Origin: an uncultured Pseudomonadales bacterium
GTDB taxonomy: Bacteria; Patescibacteriota; Microgenomatia; UBA1400; PJMF01
Assembly (NCBI GenBank): GCA_964633875.1
Contig: CAZWKL010000004.1
Location: 1,971-65,970 of the forward strand
Length of the DNA: 64,000 bases
Reading direction: 5' to 3'
The notes under the pieces are model-generated. The model was given only the letters and a program-made list of their open reading frames with translations, did no database searches and was not told the origin of the DNA. Of the stretch, positions 57,817 to 64,000 are shown in pieces (positions within the stretch are counted from its first letter, which is position 1; the number at the start of each line of letters is the position of its first letter). Position numbers and translations under genes: made by a program.

Positions 57817-57921
57817 AATGGCAGTGTGGCACTTTTAAGTGCCACAGCTGCCCAAATTCCCCCAAATAGCGCCACTCAACTAGCGGTATTTGGGGAAATT
57901 CGGCTGTTTGTGTGGTATAAT
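57817..57921 (+). promoter_or_regulatory. Palindromic operator candidates plus an extended -10 promoter upstream of the AAA+ ATPase gene
   Basis: GGCAGTGTGGCACTT-TT-AAGTGCCACAGCTGCC (core GTGGCACTT/AAGTGCCAC is perfect) and CCAAATAGCGC-N10-GCGGTATTTGG, followed by TGTGGTATAAT 9 nt before the ATG. Confidence 0.4.
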
Positions 57922-57930
57922 GGTCGGTAT

Positions 57931-59067
57931 ATGCTTAACAGAATGCTTTATCCGCAGTTATTAAATGTTTTGCAACCTGGCAAAGTGGTGGTTGTTTATG
58001 GACCCAGGAGAGTCGGAAAAACGTACCTACTCAACCAACTCATAGATGAGCTGAGCCAATCAGGCCAGACTTGCAAGTATGCCAACGGTGAAAGTTTGGT
58101 GGTGCAACAACAATTGTCTGCCCAAATTCCCGAAAAGCTCTATCAGTTTTTGGATGGAGCAGAGGTTTTGGTGGTAGATGAGGCTCAGCAAATTCCTCAA
58201 ATTGGGCTAAATCTTAAATTACTGATTGATACTTATCCGCATCTAAAGATTGTAGCTAGTGGTTCGGCTTCCTTTAGCCTGTCTCAGGAGGTAGGAGAAC
58301 CACTGACGGGGCGAAAAAAAACCTTAACGCTTTATCCAGTATCTATTCAAGAGCTGGTTCAGAATTACTCTACTGAAATGGTCCAAGCTACAGTAGTTGA
58401 TAGGTGTATTTATGGCGGGTATCCGGAGTTATTTAACTTGGATTCTGTTTCTGAGCAACAAGATTACTTGGAGGATTTAGTTGATTCGTATTTGTTCAAG
58501 GATATTCTAGAATTAGAACAAATCAAGGGAGCAAAAAAACTCTATGACTTGTTGACTTTGCTGGCTTTCCAGATAGGCAAAGAGGTATCTTTGTCAGAAT
58601 TGGGGAACAGGCTGGATTTGCACAAGGATACGGTTGCCAGATATTTAGATTTGTTGGAAAAATCATTTGTAGTGTTTAACTTGCGTGGGTATTCTCGAAA
58701 TTTACGCAAAGAGATCAGTAAGACTTCTCGGTATTATTTTTGGGATATGGGCATTCGCAATGCTTTAATCAGAAATTACAATCCGCCAAACATGAGAAAT
58801 GACATAGGCGCTATTTGGGAAAACTTTTTGGTGATGGAGCGGATTAAGAAGTTGGCTTATCAGAACAAAACAGCTAACTATTATTTCTGGCGAACGTATG
58901 ATCAAAAAGAGATTGATTGGATAGAAGAAAGGGATGGTTTATTGCGCGGCTTTGAGATGAAGTGGGGATCCCGATTGCCTAAAGCTCCGGAAGACTGGCT
59001 GGCAACCTACGCCAATGCTAGCTATGAGGTAGTGAATAGGGAGAATTATTTGGAGTTTGTGTCTTAG
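57931..59067 (+). CDS. AAA+ superfamily ATPase (COG1373; AAA_14 plus DUF4143)
   Basis: Walker A GPRRVGKT, Walker B VLVVDEAQ, C-terminal DUF4143-like region. Start revised to 57931 (the track ORF begins at 57826). Confidence 0.7.
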   Translation: MLNRMLYPQLLNVLQPGKVVVVYGPRRVGKTYLLNQLIDELSQSGQTCKYANGESLVVQQQLSAQIPEKLYQFLDGAEVLVVDEAQQIPQIGLNLKLLIDTYPHLKIVASGSASFSLSQEVGEPLTGRKKTLTLYPVSIQELVQNYSTEMVQATVVDRCIYGGYPELFNLDSVSEQQDYLEDLVDSYLFKDILELEQIKGAKKLYDLLTLLAFQIGKEVSLSELGNRLDLHKDTVARYLDLLEKSFVVFNLRGYSRNLRKEISKTSRYYFWDMGIRNALIRNYNPPNMRNDIGAIWENFLVMERIKKLAYQNKTANYYFWRTYDQKEIDWIEERDGLLRGFEMKWGSRLPKAPEDWLATYANASYEVVNRENYLEFVS

Positions 59068-59086
59068 GGACTGCCCAGGCAAAATT

Positions 59087-59108
59087 CCAAAATTCGTGGT
59101 ATAATCCA
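59087..59108 (+). promoter_or_regulatory. rpsO promoter (extended -10), copy 1 of a duplicated 22-mer
   Basis: CCAAAATTCGTGGTATAATCCA, with TGgTATAAT at 59097-59105. Confidence 0.45.
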
Positions 59109-59198
59109 ACTCCTAATACAACAAATGGTTACTTTATCCGCCGGTTATGCTTGCTGGGCAAACATTTACTGACGGCATAAGGGCATGAAAGGAATACC

Positions 59199-59468
59199 AT
59201 GGCATTGGTGAAAAACCAGAAGTCCCAGATTATCAAAGACTTCCAACTTTACGAAGGCGACACCGGTTCGCCCGAGGTGCAAATTGCTTTGTTGACCGCT
59301 TCGATTCAGGAGCTGACTAAGCATTTGGGTGCTCACAAAAAAGACGACCACTCCCGCCGGGGCTTGCTCAAGCAGGTGGCTAAACGCCGCCGGTTGCTTA
59401 ATTTTCTTCGCGATCGCAGTGAGGAGCGCTACCGCAAGCTGCTTGATCGGTTGGGTTTGAGTAAGTAA
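59199..59468 (+). CDS. rpsO: 30S ribosomal protein S15
   Basis: [14 protein letters not shown]...[16 protein letters not shown]...RRRLLNFL signature. Confidence 0.9.
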   Translation: MALVKNQKSQIIKDFQLYEGDTGSPEVQIALLTASIQELTKHLGAHKKDDHSRRGLLKQVAKRRRLLNFLRDRSEERYRKLLDRLGLSK

Positions 59469-59487
59469 TTTTTATTGCTGAAAAATA

Positions 59488-59509
59488 CCAAAAATCGTGG
59501 TATAATCCA
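59488..59509 (+). promoter_or_regulatory. pnp promoter (extended -10), copy 2 of the duplicated 22-mer
   Basis: CCAAAAATCGTGGTATAATCCA is 21/22 identical to the rpsO element. Followed by a structured leader of about 200 nt. Confidence 0.45.
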
Positions 59510-59712
59510 CCTATTAACAACACCGTGGGTGAGACCATAAGAGGATTCAAGAGAAGAAATACCCAGGTGGTTCTCGGTTGCAAGCTGTGCGCCCCAGGCA
59601 GAATAGCCCTGGAAGGTGGATAACTTAGAGCTGAGAATCCTTGTTTCTTCTCCAGAATACTCTTTTCCCTCGCCCGCCGAACCGTACTTTTGGTACGAAA
59701 GAAAGGATTAGG

Positions 59713-61998
59713 ATGTCATATCCGACATACCCCAATACTTATAAAAAGGAAATTGCCGTTGGTGATAAGAAAATCACCATTGAAGTGGGCAAATTTTCCG
59801 AACAAGTCAGCGCTGCTGTGCTGGCTACCTGTGGCGAAACCGTGGTGCACACGACGGTGGCTCTGGGCGGCAAGGCCAATCTTGGCTACTTCCCGCTAGG
59901 AGTGGAGTTCGCTGAAAAATTGTACTCCGGCGGTATTATCAAAGGCTCCCGCTGGGTCAAGCGCGACGGCCGCCCTTCTGATGACACTATCTTGAAGGCG
60001 CGGGTGATTGATCGCTCGCTCAGGCCGCTTTTTCCCGAGGGCGTGACTCACGAAGTGCAGATTGTCAACACGGTTTTTTCCTATGATGGCGAAAACGATC
60101 CGGACATGCTGGGCATGATGGCCAGCGCGGTTGGTTTGGCTATTTCTGAAATTCCCTTTGCCGGTCCGATTGCCGGTTTGCGCATGGGCTATAGCAAGGA
60201 AACTGGTGAGTTCATGATGAATCCCACCAATACTGAGCGCGAAGCCAGCGATCTGGATTTGATTGTGGCTGGTTCCGGCCAGAGCATCGTTATGGTCGAG
60301 GCTGGCGCCAATGAAGTTTCAGAAGAAGTTGTGGTTGAGTCTTTGGTGAAAGCTCAAGCTGAGCTAGGCAAAATTTGCCAAACTATTGACAAAATTGTGG
60401 CTGAAATTGGCAAAGAAAAAGTGGCGCTTATTTCTGAGGAAGATCACGAAAAAGAAGCGGTCATTGAGGCTTTGGCTGAAGAAATTCATGCCGGTTTTGC
60501 CAGCGAACTGCAAGAGGTAGTTCGCCAAAAAGGCAGGCTGCAGCCGTCAAATATTGATGAGTTAACTCTGAAAATTATTGAAAAACTCAACACCAAGCGT
60601 GGCGCTGACGAGCCAGTAGATGGAGGCCAAGTCAATGCCGCCCTTTACCGGTTGCAAAAACGTTACGCCAGGGAAATGATCCTGGAAAAAGGCGAGAGAC
60701 CTGATGGCCGCAAAGCTGAAGAAATCCGCGAAATCTGGACCGAAATTGATGTTTTTCCTCGTACTCATGGTTCGGCTTTGTTCAAGCGCGGCGCCACTCA
60801 GGCTGTGACCGTTGCTACTTTGGGCAATCCTTCCCTTGGGCAGTACGTGGAGGGTATTGGCGGTGAGGAAGTGCGTCATTACATCCATCACTACAACATG
60901 CCTCCGTATGCTTCTGGCGAAGCTGGCAGGTTTGGTTATCCCAAGCGCCGGGAAATCGGCCATGGCGCCTTGGCTGAGCGCGCGCTCTTACCAATGATTC
61001 CGTCACAAGCAGAATTCCCCTACACTATTCATTTGGTCTCGGAAATTATGAGCTCGAACGGCTCAACTTCCCAGGCTGCTGTTTGTGGTTCTACTTTGTC
61101 ACTGATGGCGGCCGGTGTGCCGATTAAAAGGCCAGTTTCCGGGATTGCTATGGGCTTGATGAGTGACGGCAAAAAACAGGTGATTCTTTCCGATATTCAG
61201 GGCTTGGAAGACCATGTTGGTGATATGGACTTCAAAGTGGCTGGATCTGAGGAAGGTATTACCGCCATCCAGATGGATATTAAATTGACCGGTATTTCCA
61301 GAGAAATTTTGGAAAAAGCCCTGGCTCAAGCCAAAGCCGGGCGCTTGCATATTCTCAAGGAAATGCTCAAAACTATCAGTGATCCGCGGCCGAATATTTC
61401 TGAGTATGCTCCTAAGATTGAGCAACTGGAAATTCCTGGTGATAGGATCGGTGAATTGATTGGGCCAGGGGGTAAGGTGATCAAAGACATTATTGAGCGC
61501 ACTGGTGCTGAAATTAATGTTGAGGAAGATACCGAAAGGCAAATTGGCCTGGTCAATATTTCTTCTACTGATCAAGACGCCATTGGCAACGCTGTCAGAA
61601 TTATCAGCAACATGATGAGAGTGGTGGAAGTTGGCGAAGAGTTTGCAGGCGATGTGACCAGGGTGGAAAGCTACGGCGCTTTTGTTGAGTACCTGCCTGG
61701 CAGAGAAGGCCTGGTTCATGTTTCCAGAATGTCTACCGAGTATGTCGCTGATGCCAACGATATTGTGTCGGTGGGTGACACCGTCACGGTTAGAATTGCT
61801 GAAATTAAAGAAGACGGCAAAATTGGGCTGTCCATGCTCACTGCCGAGCAAGAAGCAGCCAGCAAAAACAACACCCGAGAGAGCCGTGGCCAGCGGCCGT
61901 TTAGAGGCGGCGACCGTGGCCGGGGTGGTGATCGCGGCCGAGGAGGCGACCGAAATCGTGGCTACAACCGGGGTGGTGACCGCGGCGGCAGAAGGTAA
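59713..61998 (+). CDS. pnp: Polyribonucleotide nucleotidyltransferase (PNPase) with a C-terminal RGG/RG-rich tail
   Basis: Two RNase PH domains, KH and S1 domains. Start set at MSYPT (59713) after the AAAGGA RBS. Tail is RGGDRGRGGDRGRGGDRNRGYNRGGDRGGRR. Confidence 0.9.
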   Translation: MSYPTYPNTYKKEIAVGDKKITIEVGKFSEQVSAAVLATCGETVVHTTVALGGKANLGYFPLGVEFAEKLYSGGIIKGSRWVKRDGRPSDDTILKARVIDRSLRPLFPEGVTHEVQIVNTVFSYDGENDPDMLGMMASAVGLAISEIPFAGPIAGLRMGYSKETGEFMMNPTNTEREASDLDLIVAGSGQSIVMVEAGANEVSEEVVVESLVKAQAELGKICQTIDKIVAEIGKEKVALISEEDHEKEAVIEALAEEIHAGFASELQEVVRQKGRLQPSNIDELTLKIIEKLNTKRGADEPVDGGQVNAALYRLQKRYAREMILEKGERPDGRKAEEIREIWTEIDVFPRTHGSALFKRGATQAVTVATLGNPSLGQYVEGIGGEEVRHYIHHYNMPPYASGEAGRFGYPKRREIGHGALAERALLPMIPSQAEFPYTIHLVSEIMSSNGSTSQAAVCGSTLSLMAAGVPIKRPVSGIAMGLMSDGKKQVILSDIQGLEDHVGDMDFKVAGSEEGITAIQMDIKLTGISREILEKALAQAKAGRLHILKEMLKTISDPRPNISEYAPKIEQLEIPGDRIGELIGPGGKVIKDIIERTGAEINVEEDTERQIGLVNISSTDQDAIGNAVRIISNMMRVVEVGEEFAGDVTRVESYGAFVEYLPGREGLVHVSRMSTEYVADANDIVSVGDTVTVRIAEIKEDGKIGLSMLTAEQEAASKNNTRESRGQRPFRGGDRGRGGDRGRGGDRNRGYNRGGDRGGRR

Positions 61999-62018
61999 AT
62001 CTTTGCTTTAGAAACCCA

Positions 62019-62050
62019 ACAACCCCTCGTATTGAGGGGTTGTTTGTTTT
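62019..62050 (+). terminator. Intrinsic terminator after pnp
   Basis: AACAACCCCTC-GTATT-GAGGGGTTGTTTG followed by TTTTT. Confidence 0.65.
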
Positions 62051-62067
62051 TCAGGTATACTGATCAT

Positions 62068-62916
62068 ATGCACATTCAGGCAATTTCCTCAGCCGACGGA
62101 ATTATAGGCATTATGGCCTTGGATCAGTTGCCTTTATTGGCCGAGCAACTAGAGCTGGATCTCAACAATCAAGAACACCAACAGCTAGCCAGTCAGTTGG
62201 CTGTACAACTGATGAAAAGCCTTTCCGCGGAAAGCACCGGCGTTATTGTCAGTCCGGAGTTCAACTTTCCTGCCATTATTCACAAAGCTAATAACGCCGG
62301 TTTGCTCTTAAGTTTAGAAGAAAGAAAAACCAGCCTTGATCCGCTGCAAATACCGCAGTTGGCGGAAAACTGGGGGCCGGAGCACATCAAGAACAATTAC
62401 GGGGTTTGCAAGCTGGAGCTTTATTATCATCCTCAGGAGCCAAACGCGCTCAAGAAAAGGCAGTTGGCGGCAGAAATTTATGACTATTGCCAATATTTGG
62501 GGATAGATTTTCTCTTGGAGCTGAAAATTTTTGCTATTAGTAATGAAGAAACGGAAGAGCAGCAGCAGGAAGCAAAATTAAGGGCGGTGACGGAGTTCAG
62601 GACTCTTTGTGACGCCATGGCGGTTAGTCCACCTCAAGATCCTTTGGCAATGGTGACAGTGACAGCCGAACTGGATATTCCCTGGCTTTACGCCAATGAC
62701 AGCTTAAATTATGAAGCCTACAAGGAAGGTATGAGGGCAGCGCTTGATAGCGGCGCTGTTGGTTTTGTGGTTGGTCACTCGCTTTGGGCGGAAATGCCGG
62801 ATGTGAAGCAGGGCAGCTTGGAAGATGCTTTTAATTTTATCCAAACTACTGTTCGCGACCGGCTGATTGAGCTAAGGCGAATTGCCGCCGAGAAAAAAGC
62901 CAGTAATTCGGTATAA
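62068..62916 (+). CDS. LacD/Cgl0159-family class I aldolase-like TIM-barrel protein
   Basis: Collinear similarity to tagatose-bisphosphate aldolase LacD (IMALDQ...SPEFNFPA...KLELYYHPQ...FLLELKIFA). Start revised to 62068 (the 62032 ORF overlaps the pnp terminator). The Schiff-base Lys position may be Thr (VTVTAE). Confidence 0.4.
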   Translation: MHIQAISSADGIIGIMALDQLPLLAEQLELDLNNQEHQQLASQLAVQLMKSLSAESTGVIVSPEFNFPAIIHKANNAGLLLSLEERKTSLDPLQIPQLAENWGPEHIKNNYGVCKLELYYHPQEPNALKKRQLAAEIYDYCQYLGIDFLLELKIFAISNEETEEQQQEAKLRAVTEFRTLCDAMAVSPPQDPLAMVTVTAELDIPWLYANDSLNYEAYKEGMRAALDSGAVGFVVGHSLWAEMPDVKQGSLEDAFNFIQTTVRDRLIELRRIAAEKKASNSV

Positions 62917-62952
62917 TATCGGCACAAGAGGTGTAATAGGGACAAGAAATTT

Positions 62953-63261
62953 ATGGTCAGAATTTTGCGCGATTTAGCCACTTTTATCTTTGGTTTGGTC
63001 GAGTTACTGCTGCTTTTTAGGTTTGTACTTAAATTATTGGCAGCCAATCCGACAGCATCGTTTGTGGCCTGGATTTATGAAAACAGCCTCCCGCTGTTGC
63101 AGCCGTTTTTGTTTGCCTTTCCCACTTCGTCTATTCAAGGCGGCCACGTGATCGAGTTCACCACGCTTTTTGCCATTTTTGTTTATGCTTTTGCCAGCTA
63201 CTTGATTCAAGAACTGCTTTTTGTATTAGCTAAACAAGCCAGAGGCCGGAGGCGCAAATGA
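62953..63261 (+). CDS. Small two-TM membrane protein
   Basis: 102-aa hydrophobic ORF overlapping the next gene by 4 nt. Confidence 0.35.
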   Translation: MVRILRDLATFIFGLVELLLLFRFVLKLLAANPTASFVAWIYENSLPLLQPFLFAFPTSSIQGGHVIEFTTLFAIFVYAFASYLIQELLFVLAKQARGRRRK

Positions 63262-63752
63262 AAATTCAGGTTAAAAACAAGTTGGCGGTGGTTTTTACTA
63301 ATTTGCTGTATGCCGCTCCCCGCAGCGCCATGTACTTTGCCGGCGGCTACTTGGGCGCGGCTTTACTGCTGCCAATTATTGCCCAGCGGCCGTTTGAGGA
63401 GCTGATTTTTTGGGTGGGGCTGATTAGTTTTGGAGTTTTGCTGGTAGTTGTAGCCAAACAGGTGATCAACTCGCTGCTGCACGCCAAGCATACTACGGTG
63501 GAGCTTACTGCCAGCAGCATTGATTGTGAAATTTCCGGCTTCACTACCGAGAGCTTTTCCATTCCGCTGGATCAAATTAGTAGCGTCAGGGTTTCTCAGG
63601 CTTTTATGGATAAGTTTTTTGGGGTTTCCAGTGTGGTGGTGAGTCAGATTGCCGGTACTTTTGCTGTTTATGGTTTTGATTACGAGGACGCGAAAAAATT
63701 TGCTAAGCAGTATTCTGCTAAGCAGCAGGCTCGGGTGAGCAGGAAAAATTAG
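63258..63752 (+). CDS. Membrane protein with a bacterial PH-like (bPH/YdbS-like) domain
   Basis: Two TM helices, then IDCEISGFTTESFSIPLDQISSVRVSQAFMDKFFGVSSVVVS, which is bPH-like. Confidence 0.45.
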   Translation: MKIQVKNKLAVVFTNLLYAAPRSAMYFAGGYLGAALLLPIIAQRPFEELIFWVGLISFGVLLVVVAKQVINSLLHAKHTTVELTASSIDCEISGFTTESFSIPLDQISSVRVSQAFMDKFFGVSSVVVSQIAGTFAVYGFDYEDAKKFAKQYSAKQQARVSRKN

Positions 63753-63860
63753 CCAAAGCTTCACAGAGCTCTTACAATTTTATCATTAAAATATTGGCAC
63801 CAATCCGTACCATGCAACCGTTACAAGCTATTTACCAAATTTGCCAAACGAAAGGCTAAA

Positions 63861-64000
63861 ATGTTTCAACTTCCCGATCTCCCTTATGATTATGCCGCCT
63901 TGGAGCCGACTATTGATGAGGCCACGATGAAGCTGCACCATGACAAACACCACGCTGCTTATACCAACAAACTCAACGATGCCATTGCCGGCACCGAACT
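63861..64000 (+). CDS. Superoxide dismutase (Fe/Mn family), N-terminal fragment (continues beyond the window)
   Basis: [38 protein letters not shown] is the canonical Fe/Mn-SOD N-terminus. Confidence 0.8.
   Translation, partial: MFQLPDLPYDYAALEPTIDEATMKLHHDKHHAAYTNKLNDAIAGTE

Noticed and set aside
59641-59712. 24-codon N-terminal extension of pnp
   Set aside because: The conserved PNPase N-terminus begins at MSYPT (59713), which has an AAAGGA RBS. The extension would have to be translated from inside the structured leader.
62032-62067. Upstream extension of the LacD-like ORF
   Set aside because: It begins inside the pnp intrinsic terminator hairpin, and the ATG at 62068 follows a -10-like TATACT.

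Overview
This 64 kb window looks like a compact, low-GC (about 47%) bacterial chromosome segment, inferred to be from a Patescibacteria/CPR-like genome. The clues are a short IF2, two class A PBPs, an archaeal-type cmk, fusion proteins, an intein and several leaderless -10 promoters. Content in order:
- the tail of an rRNA operon (5S rRNA);
- a partial type-IV-pilus-like assembly module (PilN/PilO) with a surface protein, then murJ, rpsT and lepA;
- membrane proteins of unknown function, including a PP2C-like membrane protein, then smpB;
- two class A PBPs flanking a GH18-like protein, then cmk and a CPBP protease;
- NrdR boxes followed by nrdR and a class II RNR;
- tRNA t6A synthesis genes (tsaD plus a TsaC-TsaE fusion), an SPFH protein and groESL with a CIRCE element;
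- a 134-bp palindromic element, pgeF, two divergent tRNA-CAU genes, a decayed brnT/brnA module, ftsB and a Xer-like recombinase;
- a 29-codon leader ORF with two Trp-Trp pairs and a terminator/antiterminator switch immediately upstream of trpS;
- a long same-strand heat-shock cluster: ftsH with a 426-aa LAGLIDADG intein in the P-loop, a 5'-3' exonuclease, a GT4 glycosyltransferase, hrcA, a NUDIX-GrpE fusion, dnaK and dnaJ, with CIRCE-like sites;
- a VTC-CotH-DUF4956 triad, nusA-infB, and a MacB-like ABC pair next to a 1066-aa Fn3-rich surface protein and a DUF1566 protein;
- an AAA+/DUF4143 ATPase, rpsO-pnp (PNPase with an RGG tail), a LacD-like protein, small membrane proteins and the start of a superoxide dismutase.
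Manually counted motif coordinates may be off by 1-2 nt; CDS coordinates follow the supplied ORF track with starts revised where justified. The most interesting candidates are the Trp-codon leader-peptide attenuator on trpS, the NUDIX-GrpE fusion, the FtsH intein, the TsaC-TsaE fusion and the VTC-CotH-DUF4956 module.
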